Shown: piece by piece, positions 45,923 through 60,204 of the stretch
How positions within the stretch are numbered: the first letter of the stretch is position 1
Layout: every line of letters starts with the position of its first letter
From: Octopus vulgaris
Taxonomy: Eukaryota
Direction of reading: 5' to 3'
Assembly (NCBI GenBank): GCA_951406725.2
Contig: OX597820.1
Span: forward strand, 90,768,001-90,832,000
DNA: 64,000 nucleotides
Translations under genes and position numbers: made by a program
The notes under the pieces: generated by a model
Seen by the model: only the letters and a program-made list of their open reading frames with translations
Told to the model about the DNA's origin: nothing
Database searches by the model: none

Positions 45923-46899
45923 GTAAATAGATATAATGAAATAAAAGGAATATATAAATATTGAAATTGATTATTCAGAACAGAAATGTTAATGTTTGAT
46001 TATAATTGCAATGCTTTTTTTATAATTGTACTATTTGTCAGCAATGTAATAACATTTGTAAACAAATGCAGCATCTTTTTTTTTTTACTTTTGCAGCATG
46101 CAATTTACTCACATTCATCAATTGCATATATATGTGTGTGTGTCTGTATGTGTGTGTTCTCATATTCATAATGTATTGCTACTATTTAGAATGTATATCA
46201 TCTTGCTAAAAGCCATTTATTTTTGTGTAGGGGGGGGAGGGCGGAAGGAAAAATTGCTTATATCAATGCTATATTTAACTGTTACATGTTTTAGCGAATA
46301 TCGGGTAGATTGAAAATCGACATCGACCACGGCAGAATTCTGAATCCAAACCGAGGAGTGGTAAAACAAAAATATATTTCTGAATAGTAATTTTTCTGCC
46401 GCTCCACTGCCTCTGCCAACAAACCAGCCCTTTTGACTGAGACTTCTGAAAGTAAACAGATAAGCCCATTTCAATCGAGCCACATTAGCAATAGGAAAAC
46501 ATTAAAAGCTACAGTTCCCACAACCAAAAAAAAAAAAAAAAATTCAAGAATGAAATTAAAAAATTGTGCCTAAACTGATAAACTAAGTCGCTGAAAAGAA
46601 AGCCTGGAAGAACGAAATGAAACAAATGGAAATGCATACGTGTATCTATAAATAATTAAATAACTCTTTGTGTTTACAAACATGTGGCAATGTGTTCTGT
46701 AGAAGAGTATTAAGCAAAGACAGCACAGGTCTAATAATTATATTGAATTTTATATGTTGAAATTTTACTTTTCCGATTCTACAGTGTGTTACCTAGTATA
46801 GAGTGTGGCATGATTGTGTGTTTGTACGAATTATTTAATGTAGATTTTAATACGTTTAATCATCACTATATTATCTTTGTTACGAGATCCACTCTTGTT

Positions 46900-47110
46900 T
46901 TAAGGGTGGTGGAATGGCAGAATCATCCTGAAGGAATTGGACAACTAGTTTACGGATTTATTTTTCTAGCTTTCAAGTGGTGAGTTCTTATCCCGTCCAA
47001 ATCATCTTTTCGGGTTGAATAAAATAAAGAACTGTTTAAATACTAGGTGGAAATAATCGATTTACCGCCCGCCCGAACAAAAATCTGCATTTTGCCGATA
47101 TTATAAACGA
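46900..47110 (+). mobile_element. old SINE family 2 copy
   Basis: taagggtggtggaatggcagaatc...gagttcttatccc...aataaaataaagaac...aatcgatttaccgccc. Confidence 0.5.
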
Positions 47111-47769
47111 TTACTCCATTCAGATTTTGTGCTAATGTCTTAAGTACGTTGATAAATATCACGATTCCCACAGCTATATATATAATTCCATGATGGTAGT
47201 CTTCCAGCAACCTACACTGCTCTTACGAATTAACTATACCATGAAAAAGAAAACGATGCGTGATAGGAAAACGTTAGTGAACAACATATCTATATGAAAT
47301 TGCACACAAAAACTAGAATAACGATGAAAGCAATATTCATAACAGAAGACAATGATAAAATAAACATGCCGTCAATAAACACTACTTACAATGGGAAGTA
47401 AACCCCAAAACTAATGAAATGAAACTAACGTAAAGACAGACGAAAAAGTTAAAATATTTCAATGCCCTCAAAAGTAATATAAAACATTGTATTTTTTCAA
47501 TTTCCCGTGGATTATTCTATTTCAGTTAACTAAATGGAAGAGAGGCACACAATATTGAAATAGGAATTTAGAAACGTACATGCAGTAACCTAATGTTTCT
47601 GGGCGTTTATTTAATCTGTCAACTTGAAATTACTTTATTATCACCAGTGAAGAATAACTCCTTCGTCTAAAGCATGTCTGGTATCATCTGAATATTCAAA
47701 TTCATGACATCTAAAAGATGATCAAAGAATAATTTATCTGAATCTTTGTAATCATATAAATATTGCAAC

Positions 47770-47945
47770 AAACTTTTGGCACAATACCAGCCATTTGGAA
47801 GAAGGGATTTAGTCGAATTCATCGGTCTCGTTGATGGAGTGGTATTTATTTTATCTGCCTCGTAAGAAAGGAATTGAACTTAGAATGTGAAGACGGACGA
47901 AATTCCGCGAAGCATTTTCCCGACTCTGCCATCTCGTCGCCTTAA
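47770..47945 (-). mobile_element. old SINE family 2 copy
   Basis: ttggcacaataccagc...ggaattgaacttagaatgtgaagacggacgaaattccgcgaagcattt...ctgccatctcgtcgcctta. Confidence 0.7.
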
Positions 47946-48609
47946 TAATTATGTAGATATTGATTTCAAATTTTGGCACAAGGCTAGCAATTTTTGATAA
48001 TCACGTAAATATTAAACACATTTACACCAGCTACAATATTGTAAATTATTGGAAATAAAATCTTAAGTAAGAAGCTAGAAATCTATTCTTGAACATTTCG
48101 CCTGAAAGCAGGACAATTTATCGAAGTCTCTATCGTTGATTCCTTTGAGCTACATCTCACATATTCCTTTTACCTTTGTCTTAATTATATTGAGTTTTGT
48201 TTTTAATACTTTTGGCGGAGAGGCTCTGAAAAATACTTGATTTATTGTTCACATGAAGGCTGTAGATAACGATACACTTCTACTAAAAGATATTCTGCTC
48301 TCTTCGAATATAAAGAGAAAATGTTTTTGAAGAGAGATATGAAAATCATAGAAATATGTCAAGTGAGATCATAGTCGTCAGCTTACTGATGACAACGTTT
48401 TTTTCCTCACCGTATTTCGCCTAACACACACTAAAATATTCACATATATATGCACACGGAATATATCCCAATCGATGCTCCAAGTTCGAGCAACTCACAC
48501 ATATAGCCATGGAAAATTATTAACAAACATGACAATTTCATTCAACGTTTCATCTCATACACTTTCGTAAAACCGCCATCGCTTCAACTATATATATGTA
48601 TTATAAATT

Positions 48610-48840
48610 CATAATTCGCACCCAGGGCCAGACCGTCAACCGAAAATTTTACTACAATGTTTTCAAGCGTTTGATGGAAGTCACTCGGCAAAATTGACCA
48701 CACCAGTGGTGCGTGAACAGTTGGAATCTTCATCGAACTCTCCTCACTCGTGAGGTTGTCATCAGAAGCAACAAAGTATCGCTTCCGCACACGCCCTTTT
48801 CGCCAGACTTAGCACCTGCGGATTCCATCATTTCCCTGAA
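48610..48840 (+). pseudogene. mariner-family transposase fragment
   Basis: Translation QGQTVNRKFYYNVFKRLMEVTRQN*PHQWCVNSWNLHRTLLTREVVIRSNKVSLPHTPFSPDLAPAD contains the YSPDLAP-like motif; the DNA segment with the second catalytic Asp appears deleted. Confidence 0.85.
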
Positions 48841-49066
48841 ATATATATATATATATTGTTTATTATTCACTCCTGGAAGAATGCATTAATTATTTTAACC
48901 TGGCTGGGTTTGTAGACAGTTGAAAAGAATACTTTTGAGAAAAAAATAGAAAAATTAAATGATAGCGTTGTAGTTGCAGGTGGGTCCCCTTAGTCTCCTG
49001 GCAACCAATATTTTAGACCCTGTCCGCCAATGTATATAAATATATATATGTATGTATGTATATATA

Positions 49067-49134
<68 letters not shown>

Positions 49135-49199
49135 CAAATCTATGTGCTCATACATATATATAAGTTTTCGGATAGATAGGTAAATAGATAGATAGATAA

Positions 49200-49271
<72 letters not shown>

Positions 49272-49750
49272 TTAGATAGACTCAAAGTATAATTTAGCAT
49301 AATGGAATCCTTAAGTTGTTCGTTCGAAAATCAAAGGTCCAGGTATCACTTTCACACCGTTGCACCATGTACTGTAGTCTCGTATAATCACAAGTCTTGT
49401 CTAGATGAAATGAAAATGCTCGGTAGCCTGTATGATGGAATGTATCGATAGTGTAAAGGTGCAGGTTTGTCTCATTGTGTCAGACTAGTAGCATCAGAGA
49501 ATAACGTAGAGAATTAGTACGTCTGATGAATGTTTGGGTACTTACTAGTGCTAAGTGTTGTTACTTCACTTGTTGGAACAATTTAATATTTCCCAGGTAA
49601 ACAGACGAATATATCTTAAATATATATTATGAAGTTGTCCTTTGGGAGAGTCATGTGTACAGTGTATATGTTGTGATAATTTTTCCATCGCCTAAGGTAA
49701 TGATTTCAAATTTTATTTTCAATTCTTTTACTTTATTTATTTATACAATA

Positions 49751-50142
49751 CTAGCAGTATCGCCCGGCGTTGCCCGGGTTTGTAAGGGAAATAACTATAT
49801 AAGCATTTTTAGAGAGTTATAGTAAAAACATAGCAAAAAAAATGCATTAAAAATGGAAAAAAAATGATGGTAAATTTTTTTAAATCGTTGACTCATCGTA
49901 GACATTTTTAGAGAGTTACTTCCCTTAGCGAAAAAACTGCATTAAAATGGAAAAAATGATGGTAAATTATTTTTAAAATCGTAGACTCATCGTAGACGCG
50001 CGCTAATACCCAGAAGGGCTCGATATGAATCACGACTATAAGATACCCGGTTTTTGGGATAAACTGCACTGCAAAATGTGGGAGTAGTTAGGAATCTAAA
50101 TCGTAGGAGACAGACACACAACTTCACTTTTATATATAAAGA
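49751..50142 (-). mobile_element. non-autonomous Helitron, 392 bp, both ends intact
   Basis: Minus strand A|TCTTTATATATAAAA ... cccgg-gcaacg-ccggg cgatactg CTAG|T: 5' TC, 3' hairpin plus CTAG, AT insertion site, no TSD. Internal ~97-bp tandem duplication (49804-49901 / 49902-49996). Confidence 0.9.
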
Positions 50143-50521
50143 TAGCACATTTTTACTGGGGAAATGTTATCCTCCAGTAATTGTTACATGTGGAATAAAC
50201 CTGGGAACGGAGTATGGGAAAGTCGAAAATGTATCTGATCCCGATCACGATCATATAAAAACCTAAAATATTAGCAAAAGCAAGGAGACACATTAATCTC
50301 GATTGGGAGGGAGTCATGGCCGTAATAACACATAAATAAATACGGACGAAACGCGGCTGAGCAATTTGCCCGACACGGAAACCATGACAACCATTCCACC
50401 GTCTTACATCATTCTTTAATAGTAAATATGACTCTGCACAGAAAATAACCTGTTATTCTTCCATAAATACATACACCCTCTGTTCGCTCTCTCTTCTTAC
50501 TTTGTCTGTGTGTGTGTGTGC

Positions 50522-50560
<39 letters not shown>

Positions 50561-52891
50561 GTGTTTATGTGTACGCCTGTTGTAGGATACATATAACAAA
50601 TACACACATACATACAGACTCACACACGTTTACATAGACATATATGTGACGGTGCTCTAAACGTTTTGATCTTGACTACAAAATAAAAATACTAAAATAA
50701 TAGTGGTGTACTTTACTTGCAATCATATCATTAACTTTGGAACGACCCTTATGTATGAATAGGTGAATAGGATTTCTGCATGTGTGTCAGAGTACATTTG
50801 TAAATTTATTGTATGTATCTGCTACATGTGCTTGTGTGTATATGCAAGTCTGTATTCCTTCTATGTGCAAGTGTGTAAGCCCTCTGTGCGCATGTGGCTA
50901 TGTAGTTACCTAATTATTTGAATGTCAATGTTAGTTTGTGTGTAGCATTTTGTTTATGATGTTTAGTGTACGAGGGAAAATGAAAGAGATTACATTATCT
51001 ATAGACTTAAACACACAAAGATAGAAGAAGAAAAAAAAACATTTTCTTCTGCCAGTAACAACTTAATACATTCATTGCATTGTTCGATAAAGCGACTGAA
51101 ATGTTACTTATAAGAAAACAAATTCTAATTGCATTTTATAGAATTCTTCCCATATTCAAATTGCCGAACATAAATTGTTATTATTCATTTGTGAGCTTAT
51201 GTGAATGCTTGCATGCATGTTTGTATATATGTGTAGGCATGAGCGCATGCATGTTTTTTTTTTTAGTTTGTTTGTATGTGTTTTCTTCTGTGTATGTGCA
51301 TTTGTGTTTGAGTGTTTGAGTTTTGCTTTAGCATTTTCTAATTCCTATGTTCTTTTTTTTTTATTTATGATTCAACTACATTTATTCAGTATTGCATAAC
51401 ACAGTGTTTTTTATGCTCATCTTTATCTTAGAAATGATGTGAACAGAAGAAATTCATCTTAAACTATACTCATCCTTTGACAAACAAACAAACGCAAACA
51501 ATGGTTGCTTTCAGGCGATGACATTTCTAGAATTTATCTAAATTCTTTAAAAATTTATTTGAATTTACTTCAATTTAATCTTCCTAATACATGTTATTTT
51601 TTTGTTTTCGTAAATAGAAGATATAATTTAGCATAAAGGCAAATTTGAAATATGTAAAAACAAAATTCCTGCTACAGTAAATCCATCATCTAAGTTTGCA
51701 CAATGGCTTATATTTCGTATTTGCTCCTACTTATAGATATACCAATTTTCTATTTCTAACATATCTAAATATATCCAAGCCTCATATTTGAAGTTATACA
51801 TGAAACAATCAAAATTAAAATATTTTTCCCTGATGTAAATAATTTCTGAAAAATATTTTCTGACAAGTATTTTCGGTGTATACAATAGGGCGGAAATAAT
51901 AAGACAGAAATAACACAAGGACATACTGTCCTTAAATTCATCCTAGTTTTTAAAATAATAACTGAACTGCAATGAAACGCATAACCCCGAAATAGCCTTC
52001 CTCTTTTGACATAAAGATAACTCTTCGTGAGGAATCATAAAATGTGTTTCGAATGACTAGCAATAATTTTCCCGATATTAACTCCGATTTCATTCTATTC
52101 TCTCTTTCTTTCACTCACTCTCTACCTTCGAACCTCTCTGCCCTGGTCTTTATTGCTGCACACACCCACACACGCGATTGCTCTGTGTACAGTTATATAT
52201 TAAAAATAAAGATTAAATGAAAGAGCGCCCGATATATTTAAGTAATGCATGACATTTATTTTTACAAGAAATCCATGTCTTCGAACTATCGCCACACGCT
52301 GGCTTCGTCAGTGTGCGAAGAAGACAGTGGCAGAGGAAAGTCACTGTCAAAAGTTTCTTTGCATATACATGTGTGTTTGTGTGTGTATTTGTGCGCTTTT
52401 CCTATTGCTGTTTATCACTTTCATATAAGGAAAATATTAATTTTATCAATTTTATACAATTGTCTTCTTAGATAGACTTTAAGAGGAAACAATATGCTTA
52501 ATCTATTTCAAGCAATAATCTATTAAAAACACATACATGCTTCGGTCCTGTATTTGTTATCAATGCAGCCGGTAACAATAGCAATATTGCTTTTAAAATT
52601 ATGTTAAGATGATTCAGACAGGAAGAATAAATTAAGTATATTCATTTCAAACCCAAACTGTTTTCTTTCAGTACTATAAATGACATTATGTCAAACAAAT
52701 ATAAAAAAAAAAAATATTTAAATACATGTTCGAAGTTATAAAATGTTGTTTGAATGTATTCATATCTCACCAACATATTTGTTCTTTATAACAACTACAA
52801 GTAACATTATTATTTTATGAAGTGTTACAAATAAATTCAGAAATATTAAATTTCTAAATATCTCATAGAGATATGTACGGTGGTGGGGCGA

Positions 52892-53250
52892 TAGAGTGGT
52901 TGTATACTGTCAACTTAACGTGACAGTCCTGTAAGGGAATTTCCCCACCGCTGTTTAGCCCTAGGAAGCATCGACGCTTCCTATCGGCTTTGACACATTT
53001 CCTGTGTCCTTTTATATTTACGAAGGGAAGACAAACACCCCCCAACAGCTAGGCAAAGACCCCGAAACATGCGTGTCTCTAGCTGCAGGCCTAGCTGTTG
53101 GGGGTATTTGTCTCCCCTTCGTAAATATATAAGGACACAGGAAATGTGTCAAAGCCGACAGGAAGCGTCGATGCTTCCTAGGGCTAAACAGCGGTGCTGA
53201 AGTTCCCTTACAGGACTGTCACGTTAAGTTGACAGTATACAACCACTCTA
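52892..53250. repeat. 359-bp palindrome (arms 163/162 bp, ~95% identical, 34-bp spacer); MITE or inverted retroelement end
   Basis: 52892-53054 is the reverse complement of 53089-53250 with 7 substitutions and 1 indel by hand count. Confidence 0.95.
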
Positions 53251-54821
53251 CAAATAAATTGTTACACCTTTAAATGCAAAAAAACAAAAAAGCACCGATG
53301 AGGTATAGAGGATCAAAACTGGAATGCATGCATAATTGGTCAAGTATAAATAAAAAGGATCTGCCTTAAAATATAACTTTTTAACCCAATAAAAGGAACA
53401 AAAAATCATATAAAATACAAGAAATTGGTTGTCATTCTATGATACTGGTAAATAATAATAAAACAGAAAGCAACTTACCCCTATGAATGAGGAGAAAAAA
53501 TAATTCCAGACGACCCAAAGTCTAATTTTAACCTCACTCTGAGTCAAGGTGTTTACGTGCAACGATGCTCTCGAATATTATGATTACAAAGGAACAGATA
53601 TTTAGAACGATGATTCAAATTTACTCACAGTAGTCAAAGAAATAAAAAGAGGAAGAATAAAACACACGGGGAGAAAAATATTTTACTTATAATATTATCA
53701 CGATTAATATGTTTGAAATCTTTCTTACCACACGGTGACCGCTTGTATATATGTGTCTGCACAAGTGAGTATGTGTACTTGTATATGTAAATAAATGTGT
53801 GTGTGCGCGCGTGCGTATGTGTGTCTCTGTGTGTGTATGTTGTGTGTGTTCTTGCACACACAAACATACTCAGCTACTCATGCAGACACATGTATATATA
53901 CCTACATACATACTCACAAACACATAACTACATACATATGTACACACACAAACACACACATACATACACACGCTCGCACAAGTCAATAGAGTAGAATTTT
54001 CGGTTAGAAAACAAACTACCACCGCTGAGTGTAATGATTAACCCAAGAATCTTTCAAATGACCACAGACTAACAATCAAGTTGACATATGGCAAAGCGAT
54101 AAAGGTAAATAGGAAAGAAACAAGAAAAATTTATAGCTTAATTCTCTGTGATATATTTTATCTGACTTGACAAGCGATCTTCAAAGCCGACGTCAACTTG
54201 TTGGAGCAGACACTTGAAGTGACATTTCTCTCAAATAGCAATCTTTTATTATCACCATGTTACTGTAGTATTGGCATGAGAACAAGAAATTCTAACTGTT
54301 GCTGCGAAATAGAAGCAGTTCTCTATCGAATTATATTAGAACAGGGTTTTAATACAAGCTGAGTGGGAAGCTACATCGTGAAGACACTATTAAGCATGTT
54401 TGCATTCAAGAATAGTTCGTGTTTTGTTATAGAGATTATCCTCATATTATAGTTAATTGAATAATCGTAGACATTCGTTTATATAACGTGTACGTTAGCA
54501 TTCAAAGGTTGCTGGTTTGGACTAACAACAGTGAGTCAATCATATTTATTAAACAGAATTCACTAGCAAAATGTTAACATATGACGCATAAATGTCGTTA
54601 CATATGCATGCACAATGATATATATATATATATATATATATATAATAATGGAACGACTCAAATAGAAGACACACACTTAGGCGCGCAAAAATATGCTCGC
54701 GCGACAGTACACACATTCAGATATGCTCATATATACACACACACATAGATATATGTGTGTTTGTGTGTGTGTGTGACTGTCTCTGTATTTATATATGTAC
54801 ATACACATACACAAGTGTATG

Positions 54822-54899
<78 letters not shown>

Positions 54900-55962
54900 C
54901 ACATGCATATAAACCTATTTATCCAAGTTACTATGAAGATGAAAGGATACAGTAGAGAAGCTCCAGATTGTATATACTACAATGATTTCGATAAATGCTT
55001 TGTAGTAAAAGACGTTGTTGGCCATTCTGCTTAGAATCCCTCCCTATAGATATACGCGTGATGAATAAAGTAAAAGTTTAACTATCTTCAGCCAATACTC
55101 AAGATTAGTTTAATGTTTGAAAATATCTCGGCTAAGATACAAGTTATGCAAATCAGATATGGCCTCTACGTGAAAAATCTCAGCTGGGGTATAACTTTAT
55201 AATCTTCAGATATATTTGAAATTTTGCTGGATGAAAAGCATTGCTATTATAAATAGCATTGCTGGTGTTAAAGCAGTAAGTTGTTAGAAAGAGTAGAGCA
55301 CTGAACTGCATGCGTTAACTGATTAAATTTTATAGTGAGTTGAAATATTACTAGAGGTATTTGCATATGATTCAGTCCCTGCTAGGCAAACGAGTATCCG
55401 TAATATAAATGCAATTCAACCTCTCTTTCCTTAAGAATTCTACTTCATTCTATATAATCGGCGCAGTTAAATGAAATGTTTATATTTAAATAATTACAAA
55501 AGCATCTTTGATATATTCAAATATTCGAATAAATTTATTGTTAAGATATTTGATGTAAATTTAATATCTTTAAAAGGTAAAAAAATAGCTTGAAGATTAA
55601 CATTACAGATAGATATATATGTATATATGAAGTATAAATAGGAGACAGCATTCAGATATATTTGTGTATAAATTTTGATCACATCCTTAGTATGAACATC
55701 ACCGTTATTGTCATAGTAGAAAATCAAGTGTGACTGGGTAAATATACCTTATTGTACGCTACTTGGGGTAGTAAAATTCTTAGTAAGTAGTACGACTCAC
55801 TGTTGCCTACTTTAGTAAATAAAAAATAGTAAAATTCCAAATAATATTACACCGTTTGATTTAATATGTTCGTGTTCTGAGACGATCTGAACGTTCATTA
55901 TTTTACACTTAAAACAATCAGATTATTTGAACATAAACTGATTGTGTTATTTCAGCTCTGAA

Positions 55963-56018
55963 GTATATACGTAAATATGTTTAAATTATGTATATACGTA
56001 AATATGTTTAAATTATGT
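55963..56018. repeat. perfect 27-bp tandem duplication
   Basis: gtatatacgtaaatatgtttaaattat occurs twice in tandem. Confidence 0.92.
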
Positions 56019-56480
56019 GCACAAGAAGAAGCACAGGACCACACATATATATGAGTACCATTAGTGAGAATAACCGGTATTCGTTCAGACTGATTGCGCT
56101 CTGCGTTCAGATACATATTTCATACAGCCAAAGTAAAATTTGTATTTCATCAATTCAGGTTCAAATTATAAACTACCAGTGGATCAGGTTATGGAATAAA
56201 TGATTCAGTGTGTCTTTCTCTCGGAACTGAGTCAGTAATTCGAAACTCAAGTGTTTTCAAATAATGTATTGAATCAGCCTAAGAAGTGCATTAAAGGTGC
56301 AACGTCTATGTCGAATATTCTGAGGCTTATGAACGAATTCCAGAAGGGATTAAATGGGTCAATCAATTGAATGCCGATAGTCGATACTGACGGAGGATTC
56401 GTTCATATGTATATATGTATATGTGTATGTATGTCTATATGAATATGTACACGTGTACGCCATGTGTATATGTATATGTT

Positions 56481-56514
<34 letters not shown>

Positions 56515-57987
56515 GTTATGTGTATAAGTATATATATATGTGTGTGAATGTATATATATATATCTATATAAATAAGTGCGTATGTATCTGCATATATTAC
56601 CACAGAAGTAAAAATAGGTATGAATATACATGTGCATATGTGTATATATATATATATATACGTGTGTATCTGTGTGTGAGGGAGCATTTTATTTCTCATT
56701 CAGTGTATACTTAAAATGTAAATATTCATAAGCACCAGAAAGAAAAAAGAAAGAAAATTTGAGGAAAACAAAACATTAACTATTATTGATACATGGCTCT
56801 CTAACGGAAATAGATTGTGTAAATATTATATGACCAATCAAATATACCATTATACAGACTAGATTCAACTGTTTACTCGAGGACAAACAGTCAAAAATCC
56901 ATATAAACATCACAATCTAATTACTAAAAGTACTGATAGATATCTCTCTCTATATAAAAAAAAGCTTAAATAAATACGAAGCGAATACTTTTCGTCTTAG
57001 TTTTAAACCGTAGAGATTCAGACAATTGAAAAAAAATACTATTGAATTCTAGCGTGGCTTACTTATTTTAGCAGGTATCTTTCAGACATTACCAGGAATA
57101 TAGAGATGCACGTAACTAATAGATTCTCTTCCACACAGATTACTATGTTTCATTTCTAAGTGTCTTCTATCACAGTCTCTCAGAAAGCAAAAATGCCAAC
57201 AAGTATGTGCGTGAGTGTATGCACATATATGTATGTATGTATATACATAGATACATACATATATATAGATATAGATATAGATATATATATATATGTATAT
57301 CTTCGTATGGGTGTATTTTCTATATGTATATTTGCATGGCCATATGTATATATATTTATACGTATGAACGTATATACATACCTGTACACACACACAAACA
57401 CATATATATATACGTAAATTTATGTATATATATGTATGCGTGTGTATGTATGTGTATAAATGTGCACATGTGTCTGTGTGTATGTATGTATAAGCAAACA
57501 GAACGTGCACTTTTATTGGCTAATTTGTAACAACTTTTCGCCAATGTCAAATCACAGCCGAATGATTTACATTTCGTTAAATTAAGCACACATATTGGAT
57601 TTCAGCACTGTTCCTGCTTTAATTATGGTGCAGAGAAAAAATACCAATGTATCAAAATACAAGATGACACTTATTGAGGAAAAGTTATCATCTCTATGAG
57701 AGTTTACTTAAAATTCTGAGGAAATTAAGTTCCGGCTAAATATCGAGTAAAATACCTTCAAACAAGTAAAATATGCACGTAAGTGTGTATACATGTTACA
57801 CGCACGTACATATTATTTATGCGTATGATATTATATATGTGTGTATATATGTGCTCTGTATACGATACTTTTCCTGATGCGATGCAAGTGATATCCAAAT
57901 ATACACAAAAGTCTATATGATAAAACACAGGGTACTAAATAATTTAAAAGTTGCTTAAATTTTATCTACCTACCAATGCATCTATCT

Positions 57988-58291
57988 GGAGGCTCAATGA
58001 CCCAGTGGATAGAGCAGCGGACACGCGATAGGAGGATCGCGGTTCAGATTCCCACATCGGCGTTGTGCGTGTTTATTGAACGAAAACACCTAAAGCTCTA
58101 CGAGGCTCCAGCAGGGGGGGGGGGCACCCCTGTTGTACTCTTTCACCCCAACTTTCTCTCACTCTTTCTTCCTATTTCTTGAGTAACGCTGCAATGGACT
58201 GGCATCCCGTCCAGCTAGTGGGAACACATACGCCATAGAAACCGGAAAACCGAGCCCATGAGCCTGGCTAGGCTTGAAAAGGGCGAAAAAA
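57988..58291 (+). mobile_element. SINE family 3 (tRNA-derived), tail type B
   Basis: ggaggctcaatgacccagtggatagagcagcgg...ggttcagattccc...gtgtttattgaacgaaaacacctaaagc; tail gcaatggactggcatcccgtccag...gaaaccgg. Confidence 0.88.
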
Positions 58292-60138
58292 TGTAACTAT
58301 CTATCTACCTATCTATCTATCTATCCCTTCTCTCTCTCCTTCTCTCCCTAACTGTGTTTGTTCATAGCTAGATAGAGGGATTGATAAATGGATAGATACA
58401 GAGATAAATAGATAGATAGATTAATGTAATTTAAATGGACTTAAATAGATTTGTATCGCATTATGTATGTATGTATGTAAGTGTATGTATGTGTGTATAT
58501 GTGTGTCTATGTATATATGTATGCATGTATGTATGTACCCTTATAGTATTTCTACATTGCGAGGGTCACAAAATGCCGTGTATAATTACGCTTCTTTTCT
58601 AATTATTTGTGAACCAGTTAACTAATAACAAGAGATCACGTCATAGCGAAATTCTGCACTCTCTATAGAAATACGGTTGACTATTAGATAATATTTGCAG
58701 ATAGATGAAAACTCTACAAAAAAAAAATTAATCTAGAAACAATGAGAAAGGTAGATAACTTCATCAATATCCTCGAAGCTAAAGTTTTCCTCGGTAGAGT
58801 TGCAGCATGTTTGGCTTTTTAGAGATCTACGATGTGTTTATCATACAACAGCTTGCATTAGCCGATTATATTGTAGCTCTATCCAGTCCTAGCTGGAGTT
58901 AGGTTTTTGGTTATTTTCTTTTGTAGCTGCAACGATAATCTCAGTTAATTCAGTTTTTTTTTTGCATCTTACTATAAAGCAGATATTAATCTCTCCTTTT
59001 TAACATAGAACACTGCTTGAAGTATTTTAATTCTATCTCTTCCTTTATATTTCGATATGCTAATATGTTTGTAAGTGTAAGTTAATATACATCTATCTAG
59101 TGTCCATGTATGCATCCTTCTATGCAAGCATACAGACAGACAGACGTACGGTAAAAGAGCAAAAGAATCTGACGCTGATCTTCAAAATCCAGTTTGTTAG
59201 GACACATGAATATTCGTGAGACATTCCAAATATCCTGCATCTGAGATTCTAATGTGAATAGGTGCACACAATTGTCTGTATGGAGCGACAGTTCACCCAA
59301 CTCACCAACTCAACCGCGTATTTACAAACACCGAAAATCTCTAACTCGAGAAGTCTCGTTGCTATTTTAGCGACCGGATTGAATTCTCTCTCAGGTAGAA
59401 ATTAAATTAAACTCAACGTAAAATTATACATACATACTTCACACATACAGACACATATATCTGTATGTATGCGTGTGAGTGTGTGTACAAAGCAGTATTA
59501 TAAAATATGGATTCAGAGAATCGTGAGGCCTTCACAATAAGCTCTCCATTTGCAATCGGCTATCAGCTTACGTAGCAATCAGTTATCACATTGTGCATTG
59601 AAATATGTCGTGTGATTGAAAATTCAGGAAATCCGAACAGTAAATTTATACCGCGAGAAGTAAATGAATCGTAAAATCGAAAGGTATGAGAGTTAAAGAT
59701 TTGTTTTACCATATAACTTTCAGATATTTACAGCCATTTACTAAACTTCTTCCTGTAGTATTATTAATTGCAGAATGTAAAAGTATGAGTACAATATCTA
59801 TGTTCAACAGTGTTCTATGTTTTACTCATACATATTGATGCAAACATACGTAGAATGCCTGCATACTATAAAAACACAACACGCAGAATGTTATGAAACG
59901 AGTGTAATCATATGGATGTCACTTCTCCCCCCTTGATCACATATTGTACACACACACACACAAGTTTGTGCATGTATATGCGTAAAACTAGCTTCATGTG
60001 GCGAACTGTCTGCTTAAGTTTTAATAAATACCGTATATACTACAGCATGTATTAAGTGTTCCTTTTTCTTCCCTTTGACTTAAGCAAAGTACGTATAATA
60101 TTCATAGATGCATGCACACACACACACACACACACACA

Positions 60139-60204
<66 letters not shown>

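Noticed and set aside
48975-49031. Possible hAT-like terminus (minus strand cattggcggacagg)
   Set aside because: Only one short end is visible, with no partner TIR or TSD.
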